55,856 nt of DNA from a virus (Duplodnaviria; Caudoviricetes): positions 1-55,856 of IMG/VR virus record IMGVR_UViG_3300031951_000193; one strand, 5' to 3'. The position numbers and the translations under genes are program-made. Positions 1 to 9,141 of this stretch are shown piece by piece. Under the pieces are notes generated by a model. The model was not told where the DNA came from, ran no database searches, and worked only from the letters and a program-made list of their open reading frames with translations. Each line of letters begins with the position of its first letter. The stretch's first letter is position 1.

Positions 1-76
1 CCAGCGTATCGCAGGTCTGCACTGGGTAGACATGGATTCGCTTGGGATCACTGAACTCTCTCGGGAGTGGTGACCC

Positions 77-286
77 ATGAGGTGCCTCTACTGTTCCAGC
101 CAAGTCCCCGCTATGCGGGTGAGGTTTCTGCGGGACAACGGCAGGCCGATGGTCTGCGTGGATTGCTCCCAGGAAACGCCACGGATGGTGTTGATGGAGT
201 ACGGGCACAAGACGGCTGGCTATGCCGTGATTGTGCCCCGTGGTGCCGAGCAGCGTGCGTTGCGTTGCTTCAAGCGTGCCCGGTAA
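77..286 (+). CDS. Small C4 zinc-finger protein, TraR/DksA-like
   Basis: CLYC...PAMRV...CVDC resembles the CxxC..P..R..CvxC finger; GGGAG SD upstream. Confidence 0.55.
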   Translation: MRCLYCSSQVPAMRVRFLRDNGRPMVCVDCSQETPRMVLMEYGHKTAGYAVIVPRGAEQRALRCFKRAR

Positions 287-338
287 GCCACTCGCGTCCT
301 CTGCCGATACGCCCTATTGGGTAGGGCGTCGGCCGAGA

Positions 339-356
339 CGGGTCGGCAAGTGCCGG
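339..356 (+). repeat. Intergenic 18-mer CGGGTCGGCAAGTGCCGG, copy 1
   Basis: Identical to 1853-1870; followed by a hairpin (362-393), a pyrimidine tract and an SD. Confidence 0.85.
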
Positions 357-427
357 GTGACGGGGCGACGGTGCCAGCGTGGCACTGTGCCCCATGGTTC
401 TTTCCTTGTTCCGGGAGGTTATTTGCG

Positions 428-787
428 ATGAGTGCTGATGACATGATGTCCCGCCTGATGGCTATGGCGGGTGACGATGCTGCGGTGGCCGAGAAGCCCG
501 AGCCCAAGGCGAAGGCCAAGGCCGAGCAGGCCGTGGCCCGTGCTGCCCGACCTGTTACCGCAGCGGTTGCCCAGCAGCCCGTTGCCGTGCCGTCTGGCAC
601 TGTGATCCCCGTCGTTGTGCTGGATGACGGGGCGACGTTCTCTGACCTGACTGGCTGCAAGGTGTGCTTCGTGCCACCTGACTGCGAGCAGGTCACCGCT
701 GATGACCTCGCCAGCGGCGTGGACATCAACGAACTGCTGACGCTGCGGGACGCCATCGAGACGATCCTGAAGATCGCTCGGCGGTAA
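428..787 (+). CDS. Hypothetical protein
   Basis: ORF 317..787 with start moved to ATG 428 after GGAGG; Ala/Lys linker then compact C-terminal domain. Confidence 0.7.
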   Translation: MSADDMMSRLMAMAGDDAAVAEKPEPKAKAKAEQAVARAARPVTAAVAQQPVAVPSGTVIPVVVLDDGATFSDLTGCKVCFVPPDCEQVTADDLASGVDINELLTLRDAIETILKIARR

Positions 788-814
788 CAGCCGCTGCATA
801 CCTGTTCATCGTGC

Positions 815-860
815 CGGCCGTAAGTACCTATCGGGAGGGTACTTACGGCCGTTCTCTTTC
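815..860 (+). terminator. Intergenic 14-bp hairpin with pyrimidine tail (terminator or processing site)
   Basis: CGGCCGTAAGTACC (815-828) pairs with GGTACTTACGGCCG (838-851), followed by TTCTCTTTC. Confidence 0.55.
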
Positions 861-914
861 CATCCCGCTCTTGACTCGTTCGTACCCTCAAAAGAAAGGC
901 AGGGAGTGATAGAC

Positions 915-1832
915 ATGGCCACAGTAGACATGCCCATGACCGCCAAGATGCTGGCTACCACCGGCAGCGTGGCGTTCTGGACGGCATACCGGGTTCTCCG
1001 TACCACCGTGATCGCTGCGTTGGCGAAGGTGGGGGAATCCCAGGTGCCGCCCGTTGACCACTACGATGCGCTGGTCGAAACCGGCAAGAACATCGTGGAC
1101 GCCGCGAATCTGCGGCAACGCAAGTGCCCCATCAAGTCCGACTCGCTGTCTCGCAGCGGCGTTGGCGTGGAGTTTTACCAGACGTTCAAGGGCGACAAGC
1201 AGAACCAGCGTGAGTCGCTGTTCAGCCTCGTCGTTGACAAGAACGGCGACAACGATGCAGTGGGCACGGTGCGGATCGTAGCGACGGGCACCAACCCCTC
1301 GCTGCAATCGTTCTTCGCCAAGCCCAACGTGCAGACCGTCCTCCAGACGCTGTACGAAAAGCATCTCCAGTACATGCCCAGCCGGGATGTCACGGATGCC
1401 CTGGTGGGTCTGGTCAATCGCAGCAAGGGTGTGCCCATGAAGGACACCGGCGGCGTGTACTTTATCCCCGACGTTTCCATCGCAAAGGTGGACACGGTGT
1501 TCCATGCCCTGAACGCTGCCGGGTGCCGCTGCACCCTGCTGATTCAGGACTTGGAGAACAACACCGAGTTGGTCAAGCAAGTCCTCGACGCAACCAACGA
1601 CAAGTTGCTCAAGGAAATCGGGGACATGACCGACGCCATGCAGGACATCCTCGACAACAACAAGTTGCCGAGGGGTAACGGCATGGCTACTCGCAAGAAG
1701 CAGTTGGCGGACTTCGCCAACTTGGCGGCGTACTACGAGCAGCAGTTCGGGGCGAACCTCGACGCTGCCCGTGAGGGTATGGCCAAGGCCCACGAACTTC
1801 TGGCCGAACTGGAACTGCGTAAGCAGTCCTAG
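915..1832 (+). CDS. Hypothetical protein (DUF6744/DUF3150-like partner of AAA-vWA modules)
   Basis: ~305 aa, helical C-terminus, GGVYFIP motif, sits directly upstream of the AAA + vWA pair; family from recall only. Confidence 0.6.
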   Translation: MATVDMPMTAKMLATTGSVAFWTAYRVLRTTVIAALAKVGESQVPPVDHYDALVETGKNIVDAANLRQRKCPIKSDSLSRSGVGVEFYQTFKGDKQNQRESLFSLVVDKNGDNDAVGTVRIVATGTNPSLQSFFAKPNVQTVLQTLYEKHLQYMPSRDVTDALVGLVNRSKGVPMKDTGGVYFIPDVSIAKVDTVFHALNAAGCRCTLLIQDLENNTELVKQVLDATNDKLLKEIGDMTDAMQDILDNNKLPRGNGMATRKKQLADFANLAAYYEQQFGANLDAAREGMAKAHELLAELELRKQS

Positions 1833-1852
1833 TAGGTGGGCCGCCGGCCCGG

Positions 1853-1870
1853 CGGGTCGGCAAGTGCCGG
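1853..1870 (+). repeat. Intergenic 18-mer CGGGTCGGCAAGTGCCGG, copy 2
   Basis: Identical to 339-356; followed by a hairpin (1877-1903), a long T/C tract and an SD. Confidence 0.85.
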
Positions 1871-1952
1871 TCGGACGGCGGGGCGGCGCGTTGCCGCCCT
1901 GCCTGCGTTCTCTGGTTTCGTTTCCTGTTTCTTTTCTCTAGGGGAGTGTGTC

Positions 1953-3053
1953 ATGGGTATTCTGAATCTGCCGTATTACGTTGCGGCTCAAGTGGGCATC
2001 CCGTCCATTGCGTGGGGCGGGACTGGCGTAGCAAAGACTGCATCCATCGAGGCTTGTGCCCGAGGCTGCGGTCGCACGTTTCATGCGTTCCTGCCAACGC
2101 ATCATCTGCCCGAAGAGATCGGCGGCATGCCCGCCATCTTCCGGGAAGAGCAGATCGTGCGGATGCTGCCGTTGGACTGGGTTCACGGCATGACCCAGCC
2201 CAGGTACTGGCTGCATCTGGACGAGTTCAACACCGGCTCGGCCATGATGCGTGCCTTCCTGCTGTCGGTCATCAACCCCAGCGAACGCCGCATCGGCACG
2301 CTGAAGTTGGCCGATGACCTGATCGTGACGAGTGCGGCTAACCCGCCGGACATCGCGCCGAACGCTGCCAGTCTGGAGGGATCGGTTGCCAACCGCTTCT
2401 TCCACTGGCGGTGGAAGACTCCGGTGCATGACTTCTACGTTGGCATCGAGACTGGCGTGTACCCCACGCCAACCGTGCCGGTGGTGAAGAACTCGGAGAT
2501 CGGTGAGAAGGCGTGGGGCCGCAAGATCCGGCTGTTCTTGGAGAGCAAGCCGGACTTCGTGGAAACCAAGGAGATCGAGCCCGACGCCCTGTCGTTCCCC
2601 AGTCTGCGGACATGGAGTTACGTCAAGCGTGGCTGTGCCGCCATGGAATCCGTTGGTGCTACCGCCAACGAGTTCGTGGAGTTCGTCACTGGCTGCGTTG
2701 GCCAGACGGCAGCGGCACTGTTCGTGCCGTTCGCCCAGGCCATGGACTTGTACTCCGCACGGGAAGTGATGGAGGGCAAGTCCACGGTGAACTTCAACGA
2801 CAAGTTGGACCGGCTCTTCCAACTGCCGTCTGCCCTGATCTTCCATGCCCAGCAGGCCATGGACGAGGGCACGCTGACGGATGACATGGTTGACCGTGCG
2901 TTCGTCGTGCTGCTGACGTTGGGCGAGAAGGGGTTGGTGGATGCGGTGAAGCAGCCCATCTCTGCCATCGCCCTGCTCAAGCCCGGTTACAAGCCGCCTC
3001 GCCAGTACAAGGACCGCTTCGGTGCCTTGCTGGCACAGATCATGAAGGTCTGA
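1953..3053 (+). CDS. MoxR-like AAA+ ATPase
   Basis: Walker A-like WGGTGVAKT, Walker B WLHLDEFN, sensor SAANP, NRF; ATG 1953 after GGGGAG. Confidence 0.85.
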   Translation: MGILNLPYYVAAQVGIPSIAWGGTGVAKTASIEACARGCGRTFHAFLPTHHLPEEIGGMPAIFREEQIVRMLPLDWVHGMTQPRYWLHLDEFNTGSAMMRAFLLSVINPSERRIGTLKLADDLIVTSAANPPDIAPNAASLEGSVANRFFHWRWKTPVHDFYVGIETGVYPTPTVPVVKNSEIGEKAWGRKIRLFLESKPDFVETKEIEPDALSFPSLRTWSYVKRGCAAMESVGATANEFVEFVTGCVGQTAAALFVPFAQAMDLYSAREVMEGKSTVNFNDKLDRLFQLPSALIFHAQQAMDEGTLTDDMVDRAFVVLLTLGEKGLVDAVKQPISAIALLKPGYKPPRQYKDRFGALLAQIMKV

Positions 3054-3067
3054 CCGTCCACTCCCGG

Positions 3068-3114
3068 CCATGGGGGCGTAGCCCGCAGCAATGCGGCTGC
3101 GCTCCCATGGTTTT
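3068..3114 (+). terminator. Long GCAA-capped intergenic hairpin
   Basis: CCATGGGGGCGTAGCCCGCA-GCAA-TGCGGCTGCGCTCCCATGG followed by TTTT. Confidence 0.5.
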
Positions 3115-3154
3115 GGAGTACCAACCCAACCCCCTCTTTCCCAGGAGTTTTCCC

Positions 3155-4513
3155 ATGACCCGTGTCAAGTTGCCGCCCCATGTCGTGGCGGTGTCCAAGG
3201 CAAAGGACGTTGCCATGCAGTGGATGAAGTACCTCGGCGGCTACCTCGCCGGCGTGCCCACTGTCTTCGATGATCGCGTTCCCACCATGGGCGTTGATTC
3301 TTCGGGGCGACTCTACGTCAACCCGGAGTGGTGCCAGAAGTGGACCGACGAGCAGAACGCCTACGTTCTGCTGCATGAGATGTGCCACAACCTGCTGGGC
3401 CACGCCGACCGGCGGCAAGCGTACCTGCCCAACGCCACTCCCGAGCAGTTGGAGTGCTGGAACGTGGCTGCTGACCTGTGCATCCAGCAGATTCTGGATG
3501 ACCATGACCAGCACCGGCCCCGGCCATCCGTGGAACTGGCCAACTACCGGCATGTCAAGGGCATGGTGCCGGGCCTGTCCACCGAGCGGTACTACGGGAT
3601 CCTGTGGAACAACGGCAGCCCTGTCCCGCCACCGCCGCCGCCCCCCGGCAAGCCAGGGGATGACGATGGCGAGGGTCCGGGTGGGCAAGGCCAGCCGTCC
3701 GACGAGCAGGGCGACGATGAGCCCGGCAAGTCTGGCGGCAACGGTCCGCCGAGCAAGGGCAAGGGCAAGCAGCCGCATACCCAGTCCGGCTCTGCTGCGG
3801 ATGGGGTCAAGCAGGACTACGAACTGGAGTCTGACCTGACCTCGGCTGCGGCAAACCTGTCCCGGCTGGAGGAAGTACGGCAGCAGATGGAATCCGATGG
3901 GTCCATCGGCAGGGGCAGCGGTGCCGGCCAGTTGCGGCAATCGCTCAACGTCAGGCTGCGTCGGCAGCCCGATCCGTTCGACCAACTCAAGGCCATCGTT
4001 GGCAAGGAAACGTCGAGCCCCATCGGGGTGGATGAGTTCACCTACCGCAGGCTGTCCCGGATGCAGCAGCACCCGGACTTCCCCATGCGTGGCGTTATCA
4101 AGATGACCCCGGAGTGCGTCATTGTGCTGGACACTTCTGGCTCAATGGGTGCGGGCGCCAAGGGCGAGCGAGTCTCCCGTGCCGTGACGGCTATCGCCCA
4201 TGGCGTGAAGCGGCTTCGCAATCCACGGGTTATCTCATGGGACGGCAGGCTGCGGGATGACGCACGGTGCGAATCCATCCGCAACTTCCAGTGGATCGGC
4301 GGTGGCGGAACGTCCATGGAGGAAGCCGTGGAGTACGCAGACCAGAAGTACAAGCCGGACTGCATCGTGCTTGTCACGGACTGCGGTACGGGATGGCCGA
4401 GCAAGCCCACCCGTGCCCGGCTCGTTGTCGCTGCCGTCGCCATGGATTGCAAGCCGCCGGCGTGGTGCCGTGTCGTTGACCTGACGAAGGAGGCGCCCGG
4501 CTATGTCGGATGA
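3155..4513 (+). CDS. DUF2201-like putative metallopeptidase with C-terminal vWA domain
   Basis: LLHEMCH (HExxH), WNVAADL, G/P-rich linker, MIDAS-like LDTSGSM, GGGT and VTD. Confidence 0.85.
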   Translation: MTRVKLPPHVVAVSKAKDVAMQWMKYLGGYLAGVPTVFDDRVPTMGVDSSGRLYVNPEWCQKWTDEQNAYVLLHEMCHNLLGHADRRQAYLPNATPEQLECWNVAADLCIQQILDDHDQHRPRPSVELANYRHVKGMVPGLSTERYYGILWNNGSPVPPPPPPPGKPGDDDGEGPGGQGQPSDEQGDDEPGKSGGNGPPSKGKGKQPHTQSGSAADGVKQDYELESDLTSAAANLSRLEEVRQQMESDGSIGRGSGAGQLRQSLNVRLRRQPDPFDQLKAIVGKETSSPIGVDEFTYRRLSRMQQHPDFPMRGVIKMTPECVIVLDTSGSMGAGAKGERVSRAVTAIAHGVKRLRNPRVISWDGRLRDDARCESIRNFQWIGGGGTSMEEAVEYADQKYKPDCIVLVTDCGTGWPSKPTRARLVVAAVAMDCKPPAWCRVVDLTKEAPGYVG

Positions 4514-4580
4514 CTTCATCGCACTGCTCATCGCCATCGTGACGGTGGGCTTCTTTCTCTCCGCAGGGGGCAACAAGTGA
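4503..4580 (+). CDS. 25-aa single-TM microprotein (not in the ORF track)
   Basis: MSDDFIALLIAIVTVGFFLSAGGNK; AAGGAGG SD at 4487-4493; stop overlaps the next GTG (GTGA). Confidence 0.6.
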   Translation: MSDDFIALLIAIVTVGFFLSAGGNK

Positions 4581-5002
4581 AGCGTGAACACATCATCATG
4601 CGGAACTACCTGCTGCACGTTCGCAAGAGCATCAGGTCTATCGTGGCTGATGCTTGTGCGGAAGCGAAGCAGTCCGCAACGCGGCGTGTCCTGCCGGACA
4701 AAACCTACACCCTGTTCGGGGAACTGGTTCGTCTGGCTACCGATCTGCTGGTTTCCCGTCTCCGGGAAGAGCAGATCCGCGTGGCACGCCGGCAGTCCAA
4801 CTACGAGCCGCTGTTCTCCATACCGCCGGCACGGCGGCAGCCAACGCCAGCCAGTAAGCCGCTGACGCTGGTGGAAAGCAGGGCTCTGGCTGCCAAGAGG
4901 AAGGTCATCGAGTGGCAGCGCAAGCAGAAACTTGCGGCCACGAAGGTCAAGCAATACCGCAAGAAGGTTTCCTACTACACGAAGAAGGGGGTGGTTCCAT
5001 GA
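4577..5002 (+). CDS. Basic hypothetical protein
   Basis: Coupled ORF with K/R-rich helical C-terminus. Confidence 0.7.
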   Translation: MKREHIIMRNYLLHVRKSIRSIVADACAEAKQSATRRVLPDKTYTLFGELVRLATDLLVSRLREEQIRVARRQSNYEPLFSIPPARRQPTPASKPLTLVESRALAAKRKVIEWQRKQKLAATKVKQYRKKVSYYTKKGVVP

Positions 5003-6087
5003 TTGGCGTTGCAGAGGTTCAGCCGCAGGGCTGTGTAACTGAAACCGTGCGAGGCAAGACGCACGGCAAGTGGGTAACGGTGAGCGAACTCCTTGACGCT
5101 TACGGCGTGAATCAGCGGAGCGAAGAGAAAGAGCAGGCTCTGCACCAGTGCCCGCCACTGGTGCGGGCTGCGATGGTCGGGCATATGCAACTGTGGTTTC
5201 TCGCTCGCAGTTACAGCCCCATCGTCCGCACGTTTGCCCATGCCGTGTCGGCAGCGACTAACCAGAAGCATGGCGTGCCCTCGCTGGGCATAACGTACAG
5301 CCAAGCAGGGGCCAGGGGTGTGCTTGTCACCGCTCGCCACATGAAGGCTGGACGAGATCGCCGGCTGCTGCCTTACCGGGTGCTGCACTATTTCGGCAAC
5401 TTCCTCGCCAAGGCTTCTGCGGCTGGGGCGAAGGCCGAGTTGATGGCACCTAACGAGTGGGTTGAGTCGGTGCGTTGCAACCCCAGCGTGCGTGCCACTC
5501 ACCGGGACAACGACACCGAGGTTGCCTACGGATCGGTAGCACGGATCAGCCAGGATTACTACGAAGAGGCGCTCCAGGCTGGCAGCATGGTGCGGTCTAA
5601 CGTAGGGCGGATGCAGGACTTCTGTGCGGCTGCCTCGATGGTCATGCAGCCGTTTCTTGGCGGCGAGATGTCGTTCATGCCGCACTGTACGGTTGCCCCG
5701 ATGACGTTCGTCAATCGCCCACGGTCCGACACTACGAAGACCATGATCCCCCGCTATCTGGCGTATGGCATGGAGCAGTTGGCCGAGGAACTTCCGCTTG
5801 CAGTGCGGTGGATCCAGAGCCGCACCGACTGCCTGCGTTATGTCACCCGCGAGGCACGGAAGTACGCCGAGACGCGGGAGGACGAGGCGCTGAAGGCCAT
5901 GGCGGCAAGGGACAACGTGTCGGACTGGCTGCATCAGTACGACACGGTGGCGGCACTGCACTGGTCTACACCAACAGTGGAGTCCCGTGAGGTTTCGATG
6001 CGTTATGCCAAGTTCAACGAGCCTGCGTTCAACCACATCCCGACGCTGGAAATCCCGGGGCTGTGCGTCAAGCGTTGGCAGGACTAA
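4999..6087 (+). CDS. Hypothetical protein
   Basis: ATGA-coupled start at 4999; 362 aa. Confidence 0.7.
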   Translation: MIGVAEVQPQGCVTETVRGKTHGKWVTVSELLDAYGVNQRSEEKEQALHQCPPLVRAAMVGHMQLWFLARSYSPIVRTFAHAVSAATNQKHGVPSLGITYSQAGARGVLVTARHMKAGRDRRLLPYRVLHYFGNFLAKASAAGAKAELMAPNEWVESVRCNPSVRATHRDNDTEVAYGSVARISQDYYEEALQAGSMVRSNVGRMQDFCAAASMVMQPFLGGEMSFMPHCTVAPMTFVNRPRSDTTKTMIPRYLAYGMEQLAEELPLAVRWIQSRTDCLRYVTREARKYAETREDEALKAMAARDNVSDWLHQYDTVAALHWSTPTVESREVSMRYAKFNEPAFNHIPTLEIPGLCVKRWQD

Positions 6088-6102
6088 CCAAGGAGACTAG
6101 CC

Positions 6103-7107
6103 GTGCAGTTCAACGACTACTTTACCCATTACCAACTCGCCAAAAGTTCCGCCCGCCAGGACAGGGTATTGCAGAACCTGTCGGCACAAGAGTTTGCGAG
6201 GGGGTACATCACGCAACTGGAGTCCATTTGTCGAGCCAGTTACGGCAAGCAACTGGTGCAGGTGGACCCGTTTACGCCAACCCTTATCCAGTTAGAGGCA
6301 GACTGGCATGACGCGGGACGGCCCTATTACAACCTCTGGCCCAGCATCATTACGTCGCTTACCAAACTGCGCATGGATGCGGACGCCTCGTTCTTCCGGC
6401 TGCCGCTGGATCAACTGCTGATCCGGTTCCCGAAGCAGGACAACCCCTTGGCGTGGACCGACAAGGGGCAAGAGTGGAGTGTCAGGGCTGTGCTGTGTAA
6501 CAACGCACAGTTACTTGAGGGTAAGCGTGCGATGCGTTGGATCGAGCCTCGCATTGCGGCAGACCTTCCTAGCAAAAGAGGCATCGCGTTTTGGATAGAT
6601 GTCAACGAGCCACTCGACCCTGATCTTGCATCGGGCCACCCTGGACGGTTGCACAGAATGATGTACAAACACATCGTCTGCGACGAGGGCAAGAGCATCG
6701 AGTGGTCGTTCGATAACATTCCTGCCCACGATTCCGCCGACATCGGCGTGCAGTACCCGGACCACATCGTTCGTGATGTTGCCCGTATCGTTTGCACGCT
6801 CTGCCTCATGGCCGAGGACAAAGAGATCGTGGAGCCGATTGTTCTCAAGGCAGACGAGGACAAGTTCGACCGCACTGGAGACTTGGCATTGGTGGCCAAG
6901 GCCATCCGGCGCGGCAACTACGGATTCAACGTCGGGCGATCCATCGAGGTGGTCCCGCATGTTCGCTCTGCCTGCCCTGCTGCCCTGTATTGGACGGGCG
7001 AGGGCAGGAAGATTCCCAAGATACGGTTCCGTCGTGGCACCGTTGTTCATCGCAAGCGGTTGGCGCAGGTGCCAACCGGGTTTCTCGACAAGGAGAAGAC
7101 TGAATGA
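6103..7107 (+). CDS. Hypothetical phage protein
   Basis: AAGGAG SD; C-terminal PHVR...YWTGEGR resembles the PHxRxxH...G tail of a common phage hypothetical family. Confidence 0.75.
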   Translation: MQFNDYFTHYQLAKSSARQDRVLQNLSAQEFARGYITQLESICRASYGKQLVQVDPFTPTLIQLEADWHDAGRPYYNLWPSIITSLTKLRMDADASFFRLPLDQLLIRFPKQDNPLAWTDKGQEWSVRAVLCNNAQLLEGKRAMRWIEPRIAADLPSKRGIAFWIDVNEPLDPDLASGHPGRLHRMMYKHIVCDEGKSIEWSFDNIPAHDSADIGVQYPDHIVRDVARIVCTLCLMAEDKEIVEPIVLKADEDKFDRTGDLALVAKAIRRGNYGFNVGRSIEVVPHVRSACPAALYWTGEGRKIPKIRFRRGTVVHRKRLAQVPTGFLDKEKTE

Positions 7108-7421
7108 TTCGGGCTATCGTGACCAAGGAAGTGACCGTGAATGACCGCAACGCCGCCGACATCCTGACCCTGATCCGGTCGGGGTTCAACGTGCGGTTCG
7201 TGGATAGCAGTGTCCACAAGATCGAGCCGGCGGTTCGTATCCGGCGGCGGCGGCGTGCCCCTAACTTGACCAAGGAGCAACTGACCGAGATGGTGGCTCT
7301 CCGCAAGAAGGGCTTGCCGACACGCTCGCTGGCACGGCGTTTCAAGTTGAGCGTCAGCGGCGTGCGTAACGCACTGGCTCGCGTTCAGAACGGCGTCGTG
7401 AAGAAGGGGGCCGCAACGTGA
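7104..7421 (+). CDS. HTH DNA-binding protein
   Basis: LRKKGLPTRSLARRFKLSVSGVRNAL helix-turn-helix pattern. Confidence 0.7.
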   Translation: MIRAIVTKEVTVNDRNAADILTLIRSGFNVRFVDSSVHKIEPAVRIRRRRRAPNLTKEQLTEMVALRKKGLPTRSLARRFKLSVSGVRNALARVQNGVVKKGAAT

Positions 7422-7675
7422 AGCCAGCACGCAGGCGGGTGTTGGGGCTGTGCCCTGACCTTACAGATCGAGAGTTGGCGCTGTTGTCCTACGCCGCTGG
7501 TGTCATCGACGCCAGCGGCGTGCAGCCCACCTACCGACAGTTCGTCAAGAAGTTGGGGTACAAGTCCACCAACTCCATCACGGCAATCATTCACAGCCTA
7601 CTTCTCAAGGGGGTGATATGGGAAACTTCTGGTCACGGCTTCGCATTCGACTGGAAGGCGTACCTCCAAGCCTGA
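7418..7675 (+). CDS. LexA-type winged-HTH DNA-binding domain protein (no peptidase domain)
   Basis: LTDRE..L......GVQPTYRQF...LGYKSTNSI...L..KG matches the LexA N-terminal domain. Confidence 0.7.
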   Translation: MKPARRRVLGLCPDLTDRELALLSYAAGVIDASGVQPTYRQFVKKLGYKSTNSITAIIHSLLLKGVIWETSGHGFAFDWKAYLQA

Positions 7676-7689
7676 AAGGGGACGATGGC

Positions 7690-8073
7690 ATGACCGGGGA
7701 CGAAAGAGAAACTCTGCAACTGCTGGTTGCAGTCGCTAACAAGGAAGTCTCCGGGAGAGTGACACTGACTCTCCGACAGTGCAAGGATTTGTACAGGCTG
7801 TACGAGGCCGAGCCTCTCTACGTCTTGTGGGACTACCCACTGGACTTGAAGGAGACTATGGGCCGATACGCCCGCCGTCGCAGGAACAGGCAGATGAACG
7901 CTCTGCTAATTACCTACCTGCTGCGGGCGGCGGAAGGGATGGTGCAGTTGCATGTTGGCAGGCGAATGGCGTTGGGGCTGCTCGCCATGTTAGATGCCGA
8001 TGTCAGGGCCGACGCCCTGGTACTCGCGGATCGGTGGAGAAAGCAACGCGAAAGAGGGGAGACTGATGGCTAA
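7690..8073 (+). CDS. Hypothetical protein
   Basis: In-operon ORF, ATG 7690. Confidence 0.55.
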   Translation: MTGDERETLQLLVAVANKEVSGRVTLTLRQCKDLYRLYEAEPLYVLWDYPLDLKETMGRYARRRRNRQMNALLITYLLRAAEGMVQLHVGRRMALGLLAMLDADVRADALVLADRWRKQRERGETDG

Positions 8074-8368
8074 ACTGACAGCGAAGAAGGCGAAGAAGAG
8101 GGTCGTGCGGGATGGCCGGCGGAAGATTCCCGCCGTGAACTACCTGCCCATACCGCCGACTCGGTTCTACGATCCTGCCGTAGACGCCGGGCTGGTGTTT
8201 CTTACTGGCAATCAGGCCAAGGCAACAGCCGAGTTGCTGGCGCAGGCGATCAAGTGGTGGAATTGGGCAGGGGATGGTTCGGACCAGCACGCCATGCGTG
8301 CGCTGGAAGGAACACTGGCCCGGCTGGAGGCCACGTTTGAATTGCCGACGTTTGGGAGGGAGTTCTAA
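8066..8368 (+). CDS. Hypothetical protein
   Basis: GGGGAG SD, ATG 8066, stop overlaps the next start (TAATG). Confidence 0.65.
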   Translation: MAKLTAKKAKKRVVRDGRRKIPAVNYLPIPPTRFYDPAVDAGLVFLTGNQAKATAELLAQAIKWWNWAGDGSDQHAMRALEGTLARLEATFELPTFGREF

Positions 8369-9141
8369 TGAGCCGTGCTTTTTTGTATGGGCGGCACTCC
8401 ACGGACAAGCAGGAGTTGACCGAGGACATCCAGAAGGATCGGTGCATGGATTTCTACACTCGCCACCTGAAGCCGGCGGGCGTGGATCTGGCCAAGCCTG
8501 GGTGGTTCTATGACGATGCCGAATCGTCTGCCGTGCTGTTCGGGGAGCGAACGCATGGCCGTGTAGTGCTGGCCAGTTTGCAGCCGGGCGACCATCTGGT
8601 GGTGGCCAAGATGAGCCGGACGTTCCGGTCGGTGCGGGATGGGGAGAACACCCTGCACCAACTGAAACTCCGCAACGTCATCGTGCATCCACTCGACCTG
8701 CAAGTGGACACAACCAAGGCCCACGGCAGGTTTGTCCGGCAGGTCTGGATGGCGGCGGACGAACTATGGCGGGAGGTCAGCCGGGAGGCGGCGCAGGAAA
8801 CGCTGGCATACCGGCGGGCCAAGGGCTTGCCCACCAGCAAGTCCATCCCGATTGGCTGGCGTAGCGTAGGTGAGAAGCCCCGTCGAACCTACCAGTTAGA
8901 CCAGCGCGAGCGGGTGCTGGCCGAGCATATCGCCAGCCTGTACGCAGGCGGCATGTCGCTCGACAACATCGCTCTGTGGGGGATGCGTCAGCAGGAGTTC
9001 CACAACAAGCGGCAGTTCACCCACCGGGATGCCGTGAAGTGGGTGCTGAACGCCCGGTCGCTGGGCTATCCCAAGATCGAGGGTTACAAGGCTGTGCGGA
9101 AGATCATCCGCGAACAGCGTCAGGCGTCAGGGCAGGTTTGA
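8368..9141 (+). CDS. Serine recombinase (resolvase/invertase family)
   Basis: YGRHSTDKQ catalytic Ser motif, GDHLVVAKMSRTFRS, PIGW C-terminal segment. Confidence 0.9.
   Translation: MSRAFLYGRHSTDKQELTEDIQKDRCMDFYTRHLKPAGVDLAKPGWFYDDAESSAVLFGERTHGRVVLASLQPGDHLVVAKMSRTFRSVRDGENTLHQLKLRNVIVHPLDLQVDTTKAHGRFVRQVWMAADELWREVSREAAQETLAYRRAKGLPTSKSIPIGWRSVGEKPRRTYQLDQRERVLAEHIASLYAGGMSLDNIALWGMRQQEFHNKRQFTHRDAVKWVLNARSLGYPKIEGYKAVRKIIREQRQASGQV

Noticed and set aside
339-1870. CRISPR array or integron attC cassettes
   Set aside because: Only two 18-nt copies 1.5 kb apart; no regular spacers, cas genes or attC R-box pattern
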